Shown: positions 30,249 to 43,139, numbered from the stretch's first letter. The stretch is 64,000 bases of DNA from an uncultured Planctomycetaceae bacterium (GCA_963833985.1 CAWIAD010000001.1:512001-576000); one strand, 5' to 3'. Program-made: numbers and translations. Notes: generated by a model from the sequence alone, not told the origin.

Positions 30249-32945
30249 ATGCGGTGGGGCCTGGGACCTGTCTTCTGGTACGAATGCCTGACTGCCGCGC
30301 GGCGCTGGCAAACCTTCGTGTTGCGTTCAGGGGCGGTCGCGCTCTTGCTCTGCGCGATGAGCCTGATCGCGGTCTCGCATGTGTCCTCGTCCAATGACTC
30401 GTGGAACGAGTACGCGAGCCTGGGCGAGTCGTACTTCGTGGCCATGATCGGCGTGGAGCTGGCGCTGGTGATGCTGGCCGCGCCGGCGGCCACGGCCGGG
30501 GCGATCTGCCTGGACCGGGCGCGCGGCACCCTGGCGCACATGCTCGTGACCGACCTGTCGGACGCCGAGATCGTCCTGGGAAAGCTGGCCGCGCGGCTCT
30601 TGCCGGTGTTCGGCGTGGTCGCCTGCACCTGGCCGGTGCTGGCGATCAGCTCGCTGCTGGGCGGCATCGACCCGATCGCGCTCTCGCTGGCGCTGGGGGT
30701 CATTCTGGCGGTCGCCGTGCTCGGCTGCACTCTGGCCCTGGCGCTCTCGGTCTGGGTCAGGAAGACGCATGAAGCGATCCTGACCACGTATACCGTGTTC
30801 ATCATCGGCCTGCTGCTCTGGCCGGTCTGGTACACGCTTGGATGGGGCGGACGCGTGGCACCGCCGCCTGCCGGCACACCGCCGCGCTGGACGCTGCTGC
30901 TCAATCCGTTCTATCTGGCCTTCGCGCCTTATGCCGACCCGGGGAACGTGAGCCTCGTGGACTATCTCGGCTTCTTCGGCGTGTGCCTGGGAGCTTCCTT
31001 GCTCTTGACGGTGCTCGCCGTCTGGCGGACGCGGCCGGCGGCCTGCCGGGGTGAAGTCGAAGGAGGCAATCGGCGCGTTTTCGGCCTGCTCGGCCGGCTG
31101 GTACGCGTGCTCCCCGCTCCGTCTCTGGACGCGAGCCCGGTGCTGTGGCGCGAGTGGCATCGCACACGGCCGTCACGCTGGATGCTGGTGATCGTCGGTT
31201 TATTGATGGGAACCACCGCGGCGCTGTGCGTCATCGGGGCCATTGAGTTCTTGAGAGATGGAGCAAACCTGCATGCGACAGCCGTCTGGAAAGTGGTCGG
31301 CATCGCCGCCTGTGAGCTGCACATCGTCTTCGGCCTGCTCATGCTGGCGGTGATTGCGCCCTTGTCGATGGCCGAGGAACGGCAGCGCGGCAGCCTGGAC
31401 ATCCTGGCCGCCACCAGCCTTTCGACCCGGACGATTGTCATCGGTAAATGGCTGGGAACTTTTCGCCTGGCGTTCTTCATGACTCTTGCGCCGGGCCTCA
31501 TCCTGCTGGCCATGGCCACAACGCGAGGGGGCGGGGCTGTGTATGCCAGCATCAAGGGCATGCCTGTCCTCCATTACTGGCATGTTTCCCTGGCAGCCCG
31601 GCTGCTGGCCGTTCTGGTCGTTTTCGGGACCATCCTCGCCCATAGCGCACTGATCACGAGCATCGGCCTGGCCGCGGCCGTCTGGATCAAGCGGCAGAGC
31701 CGGGCGATCGGACTTTGCATCAGCATTTACGTGCTGATTGTCGGAGCGTGGCCGCTCGCGGTATCAGTCCTTTACCGCAACGGCCCGGACAACGGGCGCG
31801 TGCTCAGTTGCTTGAGCCCGGCCATCGTCTGCGGCGGTTATGTCAACCAACTCTCGCAGCGAACCTATGGCAACAGCGAGGGCTTGCTGGAGAGCAGCCT
31901 CTTCTGGGCACTCGAGGTCTCCCTCCTGGCGGCCGGACTGCTCTGGCTCCTGGTGCGCACCTTTGAAACCTGCTTCGACCGCATCCCCCGGCGGCCGCCC
32001 CGGCATTCGGTGCCGGCGATGTTGACGATGCTGCTGGCCGCGATGATCGCCGGCGGTTCACTGGTGCTGGCTGGAGCGGCGTGGATTCAAGGCGTGCAGC
32101 CCGGGTGGAATGGCATGCCCGCACCGCTGGCAGCCTCGGCCATCACGCTTGCACTCGTCGGTGGACTGGCGCTCGTTGCCTGGGATGCACTCAGGTCCGG
32201 CCAGTTCACGCCTCCGGGCGAGCACGCTGGGATCCAGGACGCGACTGGCAGCAGCGCTCTCCAACAATGGCGGCTGTCGTTCCGGCTCGTTCTGCTGCTG
32301 GCGGCCGGTCCGGCTGTGCTGGCGCCGCTGCTGGCCCTGGCGCCCTGGGCCCCGCAGTACACACCACAGTTCAGCAAGAATGCCGCGGGGCTGGAGGTCG
32401 TCACGGGTTTCGTGCGCGACACGCAGCACGTTCGCTTCGCCCAAGAGCTGAACCTGGGCCAGCGCCTTGCCTTTGCGGGCCTCTGGATCGTGACGATGCT
32501 CGTCCACGGGGCGGCCGCGGTCAGCGCGGTAATGCTGCTGCGTGCCGCCGGTCAGTGGTCGAGAGCTTTTCGGGTGATCTCGATGAGCCTTGCCACGCTC
32601 ATCCTCGTGATCTTGCCGATCGCCCTGTTCCTGCTCGTTCCACTGTACGACGTTCCGGTGGCCGCCTGGAGCTTCGGTTCCGCGTCGCGGTCGCTGCTGG
32701 CCCAGCTCCTGACGCGCAGGTCGTACGCCCCGGGAGACGCGCTGCGCTGCGTGCTGCTCTGGGACCTGGTGGTCATCGTCCTGGTGATCATCCTGGCGCG
32801 CTGGGCCGTTCGCTCATCGCGTGCCGGCCCTGTCGCCATACCAGGGCGTGAGTCCGGCTGGCCCATCGATGCAGTCCGCGGCCGCGGGCACGCGGCAAGC
32901 GGCACTGCCCTGGAGCTCATCGTCCCGGTCGAAGAGGCGGGCTGA
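30249..32945 (+). CDS. ABC transporter permease-like membrane protein with duplicated permease module
   Basis: Two modules 'DRARGTL..LVTDLSD.EIVLGK' and 'EERQRGSLDIL..T.LS...IVIGK'; many TM segments. Confidence 0.75.
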   Translation: MRWGLGPVFWYECLTAARRWQTFVLRSGAVALLLCAMSLIAVSHVSSSNDSWNEYASLGESYFVAMIGVELALVMLAAPAATAGAICLDRARGTLAHMLVTDLSDAEIVLGKLAARLLPVFGVVACTWPVLAISSLLGGIDPIALSLALGVILAVAVLGCTLALALSVWVRKTHEAILTTYTVFIIGLLLWPVWYTLGWGGRVAPPPAGTPPRWTLLLNPFYLAFAPYADPGNVSLVDYLGFFGVCLGASLLLTVLAVWRTRPAACRGEVEGGNRRVFGLLGRLVRVLPAPSLDASPVLWREWHRTRPSRWMLVIVGLLMGTTAALCVIGAIEFLRDGANLHATAVWKVVGIAACELHIVFGLLMLAVIAPLSMAEERQRGSLDILAATSLSTRTIVIGKWLGTFRLAFFMTLAPGLILLAMATTRGGGAVYASIKGMPVLHYWHVSLAARLLAVLVVFGTILAHSALITSIGLAAAVWIKRQSRAIGLCISIYVLIVGAWPLAVSVLYRNGPDNGRVLSCLSPAIVCGGYVNQLSQRTYGNSEGLLESSLFWALEVSLLAAGLLWLLVRTFETCFDRIPRRPPRHSVPAMLTMLLAAMIAGGSLVLAGAAWIQGVQPGWNGMPAPLAASAITLALVGGLALVAWDALRSGQFTPPGEHAGIQDATGSSALQQWRLSFRLVLLLAAGPAVLAPLLALAPWAPQYTPQFSKNAAGLEVVTGFVRDTQHVRFAQELNLGQRLAFAGLWIVTMLVHGAAAVSAVMLLRAAGQWSRAFRVISMSLATLILVILPIALFLLVPLYDVPVAAWSFGSASRSLLAQLLTRRSYAPGDALRCVLLWDLVVIVLVIILARWAVRSSRAGPVAIPGRESGWPIDAVRGRGHAASGTALELIVPVEEAG

Positions 32946-33049
32946 GGCCGTGGGTCACGGTGGAAACCGTGCTGCCGTACCATTGTCGAGGTGAGCCGGA
33001 TGCGCCTAGCATAGTTCATAGGGCTCTTCGGCCGGAGGGAATACGCGTC

Positions 33050-33907
33050 ATGCCTCCACGTCTCGTCTCCCTGGCGATCCTCGTCTACTGGTGCGTGGCG
33101 GCGTTCTGCCTGCTCACCTGGGAGGTGCTGCCGGAATTGACGCTCGGTTACCCGCCCGACTTCCGCGCCATCGCATCGGCGGGCGGTACTCCGAAGCCGG
33201 TGACATGGAGCATTCAGATCATCGATGATCCCAGGTCGCCGGACGTCCGCCGCCAGGTCGGCACCGCGGTCACCTCATCGTATCGACTGGAAGATGGCTG
33301 GTTCGAGCTTGGCAGCCGCGTGAACTTCGACGCCCAGGGGCTGCTCAAGGAGACGCCGTTTCACTTCACGGGAAGCGTGCGCCTGGAGCTCAACAGCGTG
33401 TACCGCGTCGACCGGGCGGGCAACCTCCGCTCCTTTGACATGAAGCTGAAACACGCCGGCTCGTCCGAAACCTGGGCCACGGTCAACGGCAGGCTCAAGA
33501 ACGGCGTGATGGAAGTGGAATCCAAAGGCCCGGTGCAGATGCTGAACCAGCGTCTCAGGTTCAAATATGAGCCCCGGAGCCTGGTGCATGATGCACTCGG
33601 GCCGCTGGACCGGCTGCCTGGCCTGCACGTGGGTCAGCGCTGGGACACGCGGATGGTGAACCCCTTCACGGGCCAGGTGGACACGGTGCGCGTCGAGGTG
33701 CAGAAGCGTGAGCTGGTGCACTGGAACAGCGAGCCCATCAGCGCGTTCGTGGTCCTCCAGCGTTCGGGAACGATCACCGCCCGGACGTGGGTCCGGCCCG
33801 ACGGCTTGATCTTCCGACAGGAGGTTCCCTTGCCGCTGGTCCATCTCATCATGGAGCGAATGCCCGAGCAGGCGCAAACCAACCCGGGGGAAGGAGCAGC
33901 CCTGTGA
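33050..33907 (+). CDS. Hypothetical membrane-anchored protein
   Basis: N-terminal TM, GGAGG RBS, overlaps the ABC ATPase start (GTGA). Confidence 0.75.
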   Translation: MPPRLVSLAILVYWCVAAFCLLTWEVLPELTLGYPPDFRAIASAGGTPKPVTWSIQIIDDPRSPDVRRQVGTAVTSSYRLEDGWFELGSRVNFDAQGLLKETPFHFTGSVRLELNSVYRVDRAGNLRSFDMKLKHAGSSETWATVNGRLKNGVMEVESKGPVQMLNQRLRFKYEPRSLVHDALGPLDRLPGLHVGQRWDTRMVNPFTGQVDTVRVEVQKRELVHWNSEPISAFVVLQRSGTITARTWVRPDGLIFRQEVPLPLVHLIMERMPEQAQTNPGEGAAL

Positions 33908-34664
33908 TCGAGCTGGTGGGAGTCACCAAGAGCTTCGGCACCAAGCGGGCCGTGGACCGGCTGGACCTGAATGTTCGGGCGGGGGAGCTGTTCGCGTTTC
34001 TGGGCCCCAACGGCGCGGGCAAGACCACGACCATCAAGATGATTTGCGGCTTGCTGGCACCCTCGGCCGGCAGTGTGCGCGTGGGCGGTCATCCGGCGGC
34101 TTCTCCGCAAGCACGTCAGCTTCTGGGTTATGTTCCCGACCAGCCCTATCTCTACGACAAGCTCACCGGCCGCGAGTTTCTCCGCTTCGTGGTGGAGATG
34201 TACGGCATCGATCGGGAACACGCCCTTGCCCGCATCGATGAACTGATCGAAATATTCGAGATGGACGATTTCATTGATGAGCTGTGCGAGAACTACTCTC
34301 AGGGCATGAAGCAGCGCGTCGTCTTCGCCTCGGCCCTCGTGCACGAGCCGAGAGTGCTGGTGGTGGACGAACCGCTGGTGGGTCTGGACCCCAAGAGCGC
34401 CGGATCGTCAAGAACCTCTTCGTGTCGCAGGCCCGGTCCGGTGCGGCCGTGCTGATGTCCATCCACCTGCTGGCCATCGCCGAGGAGCTTGCCGACCGGA
34501 TCGGCATTGTCGATCACGGCCGGATGCTCACCGTCGGGACCCTTGCCGAACTGCGCCGGCGGGCGCAGCACGACGGCTCGCTGGAGGACCTGTTCCTGAA
34601 ACTGACCGGCAATGATCCCGGCCCGTACGCACAGCCCGAGGACCTCAAGAGCGTGGAAACTTGA
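33904..34664 (+). CDS. ABC transporter ATP-binding protein; frameshift near 34400
   Basis: GPNGAGKTT, YSQGMKQR, VVDEPLVGLDP; H-loop 'SIHLL..AEELADRI' in the second frame. Confidence 0.92.
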
Positions 34665-34665
34665 C

Positions 34666-36415
34666 ATGAGCCTGGCGATCACGGAACCCCTCAGGCTGCC
34701 CGAGCTGACCGCTGACCGCACGGCGCGCGCGCTCAGGCGGCTGCGCTGGTGGCAGGTGCGGAACACCGCCGCGAGCCTGGTGCACGGCTCGCGGCTGCGG
34801 ATCTCCATGATCCTCTTTTGCAGTGCCGTGTTCTGGACCGGACTGTTTGCGCTGTTCCTGGGCGGCTTCCAGTTCATCAGCCTTTATGTCGATCTGGCCA
34901 ACACGATCGTCGAGTATCTCTTCAGCCTCTTCTTCCTGTCGCTGCTGGTGATGCTCTTCTTCTCCAGCGGGATCATCGTCTACACCGCGCTGTTCCACTC
35001 GCGTGAGGCAGCCTACCTGCTGACCACGCCCGCATCAACCGACCGGATCTTCGCCTACAAGTTCGCGGAGGCGATCGGCTTTTCAAGCTGGGGGTTCTTC
35101 CTGCTGGGCAGTCCGCTGATGGTGGCCTACGGCCTGACAGTGAAGGCGCCCGCGGCGTTCTACGGCATGTTCCTGCTTTATCTTTTCTCGTTCGTGCTGG
35201 TTCCCGGCAGCGTGGGCGCCATGGCCGCCATCGTGGTGGCCAACGTTTTCCCAAGGCGGCAGAAGACGATTCTGACGCTGGCCGTCACGCTGGTTCTTGC
35301 CCTCATCGTGTTTCTGGGAGTGCGCCTCTGGCGCACGCCGGGCGACGCACTCAGTGGTGACTGGCTGGGGGGCATGCTCAACCGGCTGGCCTTCTGCCAG
35401 AACCCGCTCTGGCCCAGCCGCTGGATGTCGGCGGGGCTGCTGGCCTCGGCCAAGGGCGAATGGGCCCGCGCGGGCTATCACCTCATGGTCCTCTCGGCGC
35501 ACGCCGCGCTCTTGTACCTCGCGGCCGCTGTGTTCGCGCGTGACCTCTATCGTCGCGGCTATAGCCGGGTGCAGGGGGGCCGCACCTCGAGACGCCGGCG
35601 CAGGCCTGCTCTTCCTTGATGCCATCGTCCATCGGCTCTTCGGTTTCCTTTCCTACCCCGTCCGGTTGCTCATCCTCAAGGACCTGCGGACCTTCCTCCG
35701 CGATCCAGCGCAGTGGTCGCAATTCCTCATCTTCTTCGGGCTCCTGGCGTTCTACTTCCTGAACATTCCGCAGCTTGGCTACGGCGCCCAGACCCCGTAC
35801 TGGCGCAACCTGGTCAGCTTTCTGAACCTGTCGGTGACGGCGTTGATCCTGTCCACCTTCACCAGCCGCTTCATCTTTCCACTGCTCTCGCTGGAGGGTC
35901 GCAACTTCTGGATCCTCGGTCTATTGCCCCTGGAGCGCGAGCAGATCCTCTGGAGCAAGTTTGCCTTCTCCTCGGGGATCTCGCTGGTTGCCACCGAGAT
36001 CCTGGTGGTCCTCAGCGACCTGATGCTCCGCATGAGCCCCGTGATGATCGCTTTGCACGTGGCCATGATCGCCGTGCTTTGCCTGGGCCTCTCGGGTATC
36101 AGCGTGGGTCTAGGAGCACGGCTGCCCAACCTGCGGGAGACGGACCCGTCGAAGATTGCCGCCGGGTTCGGCGGCACGCTCAACCTGCTGGTCAGCCTGG
36201 TGTTCATCTTCGCGATCGTGACGGCACTGGCGCTGCCCTGCCATCTTTACTTTGCCGGCCAGGAGCATCCCGAATCCACCAATCTCGCGCTGTCGCACAG
36301 CGGCTTCCGATTCTGGCTGACGATTGCTATCATCGGCAGCCTGATCGTGGGCTTTCTGGGTACCGTGATCCCGTTGCGGATCGGTATCAGGGCGTTCCGG
36401 CGGATGGAATTCTGA
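34666..36415 (+). CDS. Putative ABC transporter permease; frameshift near 35600
   Basis: Multi-TM; 'KDLRTF.RDP.QWSQ' and 'RF.FP..SLEG..FW' in the second frame. Confidence 0.8.
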
Positions 36416-36510
36416 GGCCGCCCGAGTACCCTGCCGGCTCCGGATCGCCGCTTCAGAATTCGACGCGTACGTGCTCCATGAGCGATCTTGTGCTCCTCCG
36501 GGGAACCTAT

Positions 36511-38006
36511 ATGAGTCTCACCAGGAAGTCACTGCTCCAGGCTGCGCTGTGGCTGGCTCTCGTGATCTTCGCTCCGCCGGGCCTGCTCGCTCAGCAGGCC
36601 GCTCAGCCGAAAGAGAGAGCGTCCATCATCGTGGATGGCACGGTCCGGGAAGTCTTCAGCAGTCCCAGGCCGGCACAGGTCGACTACGTCATCGAGCTGG
36701 AGGTTTCAAGATCGGAGTATGGCCGGTCGCCCGCGGATGCCCGCCGCGCGCAGGCCCCGGCGCCTGGGGACCCGGTCTATGTTCATGTGTTTCAAACCAC
36801 TGACAACGCCCGGCATGCAGGCGGCCACCAGGCCATCCCCGCCGAGGGGAGCCAGATTCGCGCCTATCTCTATCCCCGGGCCAGGGGCGGGTGGGACGGA
36901 GCGTTCCCGGACTGGTTCGATCAGACCGGCGCGATCGCCCGCAACCCCGGCGGCGAGCAGCCGCAACAGCCACCGGCCGAGCCCGATGCCGGGCGGCGCA
37001 CCCGGAACAATCGTACAGGCGCTGGGAGCCCGCGCGGAGCAGGTCCACGTCAGCGGCCGGCTGGTACTGAAGATCATCGACGTGGTCCCCGAGAGTCCTG
37101 CCGGGAAGGCGGGAATCGAGCCTGGCGATGCGATCATCGGCGTCAACGGCGGCTTCTTCACGGACCTGGACCAGCTTGCGGCGATTGTTCGGAAAGGGGG
37201 ACCGATCGCCAAGCTGACCGTGCTCGACGTGCGCAGTGGACAGCAAGCCGCCGTGAAGCTCGACGTGACCGAGTGGCTGACGGCAGACTCCTCTCGCCAC
37301 GCGCCCACTCCCGCGCCCACTCCCGCTCCCGCTCCCGCTCCTGTACCTGCACCTGCGCCTGCACGGGTACGCAGCCTGAGGGTAAAAACCGAATCCGTCC
37401 GGGTCGGCCTGCGCACCACGGCCGTGCGCGTGACGGAAGTTCAAGAGGATAGTCCGGCCGCGATGGCCGGCCTGGAGGCGCGGGGATGTGATCCTGGAGG
37501 CCGACGGGGCCCCCGCCTCTGATCCTGCCCGGCTGGAGGCCGCCGTGCAGAAGAGCGGCCCGGTGCTGGCACTCAAGGTCTTCGATCCCCGGACGCGCAG
37601 GGAGGTTCCGGTTCAGGTGCACCTCGAGGGAGCAGGGGCGGCGGCCCGGGAGACGGGCGCTCCGGCGGAAAACCCTTCCACGCCCACACCCGCACCGGCG
37701 CCGACCCCGGCCCCGGCTGCCGTTCCCGGCGCAGGGGTGACTTCGGCCCGCGCCCTCGGAATCGTGGCTGAGGCGGGGACCGCGGACCTCTTGCCGGTGG
37801 TGAAGGTGGTGCAGGTGTTGCCCGGCAGCCCCGCGGCGAAGGCGGGCATCGAGCCCGGGGACGCCATCGTGAGGCTCAACGACAAGGTCATCTTCGCCCC
37901 CGATCTCCTGGACGAGGCGCTCAGGACCGCGGGCAGCTCATTCACTCTGAGCATTCTCGACGTCAAGACGGGCAAGAAAACGCCGGTGAAGATCAACCTG
38001 CCCTGA
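36511..38006 (+). CDS. Secreted multi-PDZ protein; frameshifts near 36995 and 37480
   Basis: Signal peptide; three 'V...SPA..AG.E.GD.I' PDZ motifs separated by Pro/Ala linkers. Confidence 0.8.
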
Positions 38007-38093
38007 TCGTCAGTCCGGAAGTGCAGCAACCGCTGGCCCGGCGCCGGCATAGCCGTCCGACGGACGGCGTTCGCCGTGCTGGTCATGCGAACC

Positions 38094-38447
38094 TCAGGCG
38101 TCGAGCCAGGAATCCCAGACACCCATCGAGGGCCTGGCGGGGGGAGATTTCCGGACCTGTCGCCGTGGTGCGGAGGCCACGGCGGCGACTGCCCGGCGCA
38201 CGCCTCGGAGGGCCCTGCCGACGGCTCGATGCAGGCCGCTGGCACCCGCCGGGCGGCCTCCGGACGCTAAAGCGCCCAGCCTGCGCCTGCGGTGCCGGTG
38301 CCATGGCCAGAGCAGGTGTCCGCAGGCGGGGCAGGGTGCATCGCCCAGGACCAGGGACGGCTCAACCCAGGAGCAGGTGGAACAGACGGGACAGCGCCTG
38401 GGTTCGCCTCCACCCCATGTCCGCGATGAAATCGAGCACGCCATCAT
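38094..38447 (-). CDS. Small Zn-ribbon protein (CPVC...CPAC)
   Basis: GAGGAGGG RBS; ISSRT....P.RCPVC....VEPS...GDAPCPACGHLLW. Confidence 0.65.
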   Translation of the reverse strand: MMACSISSRTWGGGEPRRCPVCSTCSWVEPSLVLGDAPCPACGHLLWPWHRHRRRRLGALASGGRPAGASGLHRAVGRALRGVRRAVAAVASAPRRQVRKSPPARPSMGVWDSWLDA

Positions 38448-38538
38448 TCCCTCCTCGGGCCATCCGACCGGGGTTATCCAGGTCATTCGCTGGCGGCATC
38501 GGTTTATTTTGCGTCGCCGGGGCCGGCCTGGTTGCGAG

Positions 38539-40357
38539 CTACAGGCCGGGGGTTCCGGCGTGAGCGGCGGTTTGCCCGGGCGCCGTGGGGGCGGGAAGCG
38601 GTGACCCGGATGCGGGCGGCCCGCCCGGCGGCGGGACGGCCGCGGGCGCGGGAGTGAAGTTGGCAGGGGCGGGCGGCTCGAAGGATCCGCCAAGCAGGTC
38701 GGCCAGGTCCGTGTAATGGCCGTACTTCTCCTTCAGCATGGCCAGGATGGCGACCGACTCATTGGGCCGTCCAGCCTGCATGGCTGTCTGGGCCCGGGCG
38801 AGCTGGTCCGTCACGAACGCACGCCGTTCCTGGATGCGCGACTCGATCTCCTTGGCCCGCCGCGCCGCCAGGAGATGCCATTTCCGCGCTTCTGGCTCGT
38901 CGGGGCGGATCAGCCGTTCCATCTCTCTCCAGTAAGCCGCGGCCTGGGCGTCATTGCCATCGGCGCTCGCCCGGGATGCCAGCGTGTCGAAGGAGACGTA
39001 TTGCCGCTCGGGGTCGGTGTGCGGCTCGGAGAACGAAGTCTTCACCGGGCTGCTCAGGTTCCTGGCACGGCGTTCGGCCTCGTCGAGCAGGATCCGGTCG
39101 CGCCGATTCTTGAAGCTGTGCGGCGTAAGGGTGGCCGGGGTGCTTCTGGTCCAGGAGGTCAAGGTACTCCTCCTGCGCCCTGAGCCAGTCGGAGGGGTGC
39201 GTGGAGGCCATGAGCGTCTCGGCCTGGTGGTACAGGTACGATGCACTTGGCGGCCAGATCCAGTAGCCGATGAACCCGACAATGGCGACCAGCGTGGCGA
39301 TCAGTCCCAGAGTTTCCAGAGTTGCCCGGTTCAGCCACGAAGATCCGCCGCTGTCGTCTCCGCGGGTGGCGAAGCCGGAGGTGATGCCGGCCAGGCCGCC
39401 GGTCTTGCGGCCCTTCTTGCGGGTCCGCGTGGACGGATTCGTCTCGACGCCAGGCGCCCGGGGCGGGTTGGCCGCGGGAGAGCCCGGCTCCGGCCAGACC
39501 ATGGGAATCGCCTCGCCGCGCGATGCCCTGTCGCGCAGATCGTTGAGCGTTGCCAGCACGGCGAGGGCGTCCCAGGGACGGTCGGCAGGCGCCTTGGCCA
39601 TCAGCTTGACGACCAGCTCATTGACGGCCCTGGGCAGATCGGCCACCTTGTCTCCGGGCGGGGGTGGAGCCTCGTTGAGGTGGCAGTGCATGAGCACCAC
39701 GGCCGAGGCGCCGTCGAACGGGGGCTTGCCCGTGAGCATCTGGTACATGAGCACGCCCAGCGCGTAGAGGTCGGTCTTGTGGCTAATCGCGGGGGTGCCG
39801 CGGATCTGCTCAGGGGCCATGTACGCCGCCGTGCCGAGAGTGCGTCCGGGGGCCGTGAGCTGCGTGGTTCGAGCCAGGTCCTTGGCGATGCCGAAGTCGG
39901 TGAGCTTGAGCTTCCCCTCCGCGGTGATCATCAGGTTCGACGGCTTCAGGTCGCGGTGGATGACGTTCTTTTCATGGGCGTACGTGAGGGCCTCGCAGAG
40001 CTGGATGGACAGCTCGACGACCTCGCGCCAGGGGAGTTCGCCGCGGTCCTGGAGCAGGCGCTCGAGGGTGACGCCCTCGACGTACTCCATGGCAAAGTAC
40101 GAGGTTCCCTTGTAGCGGCCCCAGGCCAGCCAGCGCACGATGTTGGGGTGCCGGAACTGCTTGAGGATCTCCGCTTCGCGCTCGAAGCGCTCGAAGACCT
40201 TTCCCTTCTGGGACAGCTCGTTGTGGACGATCTTCACGGCCGCGGGCCGGCCCGTCGTCTCCTGGGTGGCGCGAAAGACGACGCCCATCGCGCCTGAGCC
40301 CAGGATTTCCTCGAGGCGGAAGGAGCCAAGCTTTTCGCCGATCAATTCCTGGCTCAT
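38539..40357 (-). CDS. Membrane-bound Ser/Thr protein kinase; frameshift near 39105
   Basis: LGSGAMGVV, AVK, HRDLKPSN, DFGIA, GTAAYMAPE; TM segment followed by helical domain. Confidence 0.93.
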
Positions 40358-40366
40358 GGCGGAAGA

Positions 40367-42573
40367 TCAGCCCCGGGGCATTGCGCAGGAAAGGCCTCCC
40401 GCCGCCGGGAGGTAACTGTGACGAACGTAATCCATGACCATGCGATCGGCATTGAACCGCCATGCCAGCGTGCGGAAGGCATTCTTTTGCCTGGCGATCC
40501 ACTCCCGCGGCAAGCCGGAGGCGTCGCGACGGTAGTAGAGCGGCACGACCTCGCTGGTCAGCGTCTCCAGCAACAAGCGGTGGTCACGCTCGTCCTGGAT
40601 GGAAGGGACGGCATGGGTCAGCCCTCTGCCAATGGCGAACCCATTGGTTCCATCATAGGCTTCCGCCCACCAGCCGTCGAGCACGGAGAAGTTCAGGGTG
40701 CCGTTCAGAACGGCCTTCTCGCCCGAGGTCCCGCTCGCCTCCTGCGGCCGGCGCGGATTGTTCAACCAGACGTCCACCCCCTGGACCAGCGAACGCCCCA
40801 CGTTCATGTCGTAGTCTTCGACGAAGACGACCCGGTTGAAGAACTGCGGCTGCCGCGTCATGCGCACGATGCCCTGGATCAGCTCCTTGCCCATCCGATC
40901 CTCCGGGTGTGCCTTGCCCGCGAAGATGATCTGCATTGGCCGATCGGTGGACTGGATCAGGTCCGCCAGCCGCTCAACATCCTGAAGGATCAGCCCGGCC
41001 CGCTTGTACGTGGCGAACCGCCGGGCGAAGCCGATGGTCAGGGCGCTCAGGTCGAGGGCTTCCATCGCCTTCTGAACGGCTGCGTCCGGCTCGTTGCGGC
41101 GCCTGGCCTGGACGACCAGCCGGTTGCGTACGAAGTTGATGAGCCGCGCCTTGAGCACCTGCTGCGTTTCCCAGAGCTCGGCGTCGTCGACGGTCTCGAT
41201 GCCTTCCCAGGTCTCCGGCAGCCGCTGGTCGCGCGGCCAGTTGACTCCAAGATGGCGGTCGAACAAGAGCGACATCTGGGCGCCACCCAGGTCTGCATGT
41301 GCACTCCGTTGGTGATATGCCCAATCGGTACGTTCTCCTCGGTGACGCTGGGGAAAAGCGGCTGCCACATCCTCCGGGAGACGACTCCGTGCAAGGCGCT
41401 GACGCCGTTGGCGTAGCGCGAGAGCTTGAGCGCCAGCACGGTCATGCAGTAAGGCTCGTTGGGATCACCCGGGTTCAGCCGGCCCAGGCCCATGAAGTCT
41501 TCGTAGGAAAGGTGGAGGGCCTCGCGAATCTTGCCGAGGTGCTCCTCGACCAGCCCGGCCGGAAACCGGTCGTGCCCGGCGGCCACCGGTGTATGGGTCG
41601 TGAACACGGTCATGCCGGCGATGTCGCGCATCACCTCGCCAAACGGCAGGCCGCTCGCTTCCATCACCTCGCGGATCATTTCCAGCGTGGCGAAGGCGCT
41701 ATGGCCCTCGTTCAGATGCAGCACCGAGGGATTGATCTTCAGTGCCCTCAGGGCGCGGACGCCGCCCACGCCAAGGAGCAGCTCCTGCCGGATCCGCACC
41801 CGCGCGTCGCCGCCGTAGAGCCGGGCAGTGAGGGCGCGGTCGGACTCGCTGTTCTCCGGGACGTTCGCATCAAGCAAGAGCAGCGTCGTGCGGCCGACCT
41901 CAACCCGCCAGATCCTGGCGCAGAGCTCACCGGTCGCCGTGACAATCGAGATCTTCAGCGGCTGGCCATCGGCGCCCACGAGGCTCTCGATGGGTAGCAG
42001 GTCCATGTCGGTGTTGAGGTAGGACTCCTGCTGCCAGCCGTCAGCATCAAGCGACTGGCGAAAATACCCCTGGGCGTAGAGCAGCCCGACGCCGATGAGC
42101 GGGATGCCCAGGTCGCTGGCGCTCTTCAGGTGATCGCCGGCCAGCACGCCCAGGCCGCCTGAGTAAATCGGCAAGCTCTCGTGGAGGCCGAACTCGGCCG
42201 AGAAGTAGGCCACCGGCCGCGACCGCAAGATCGACGCGTGCACCGCGCCCCAGGAGTCAGTGTCCTTGAGATACTCGGAAAGCCGCCGGAAGGCGTAGTC
42301 GATTCGCGAGTCCAGAGCCATCTCGGCGGCCCGGCGCTCGAGCTGCTCTCCGGGAAGCCGCTTCAGGAACTCGACCGGGTTGTGGTCCACCTTGCGCCAG
42401 AGCGCGGGGTCCAGCTCGCGAAAGAGAGCAATCACGTTGGGCTGCCAGACCCACCACAGGTTGCGGGCCAGCTCACGAAGCTTCTCAACCAGTTGCGATT
42501 GACCTTCCAAGGTCTCACCCCCGTCGGATCGCGGCCTTGAGGAACCAGACACCACCGGTGTGTCCCGAGCCAA
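40367..42573 (-). CDS. glgP: Alpha-glucan phosphorylase; frameshift near 41280
   Basis: YFSAEFG, YSGGLGVLAGD, HLNEGH, FTTHT, TNGVH, ARRFATYKR, EASGTSG.K. Confidence 0.95.
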
Positions 42574-43139
42574 GCGCCCTTAGACGTGGCAGCGCCGGGC
42601 GATCCGAAGCGACCGCCCTTCTGAAAGGAAACTAGTATGTCTTAAGCGATCTGGCTTGCCAAGAGCCGTCGTCGATCCCCGCCGGTTTGCCGGGGCCAGC
42701 GGCAAGACGGCAGGCAAGCAGGGGAAGCCTGTCCGGGTATGGCTCCGGAGAGGTCAGAGCCGGAAAGGGAAGAAACGCATTTCAGCCAGCACGCGTGCTT
42801 CCCGCGGTCCCGGCAGAAAGGTGACCGTCCGGCGAAGGCTGTTCTCGACGCGGCACTCGCCCCCAGGGTCTAATCCCAATACCGTTGAAATGGCGTCAAC
42901 GAAAAGGGGGCAAGAGGTTTGCGACAAACCTGTTCCCACGGTCTGCGTGGCAACGAGGAACAGACCTCTGCCTGCACTCAACTACCGCGATTTCAACGGT
43001 ATTGAGGTTGAGGAGGCTGGACCACTGGCCAGGCGGTTTCGGGGGCCCAGCGCGGGTGTCAACGCGTAGGTCGCAATCCCGTAGGTATCTCGTGTCCGGA
43101 GGCGCACGGCGCGGAACGACACGGAGATTCGGAGCTGTG

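Noticed and set aside
42574..43139. Possible ORFs or ncRNA in the long intergenic region
   Set aside because: No convincing codon bias, motif or structure recognised.
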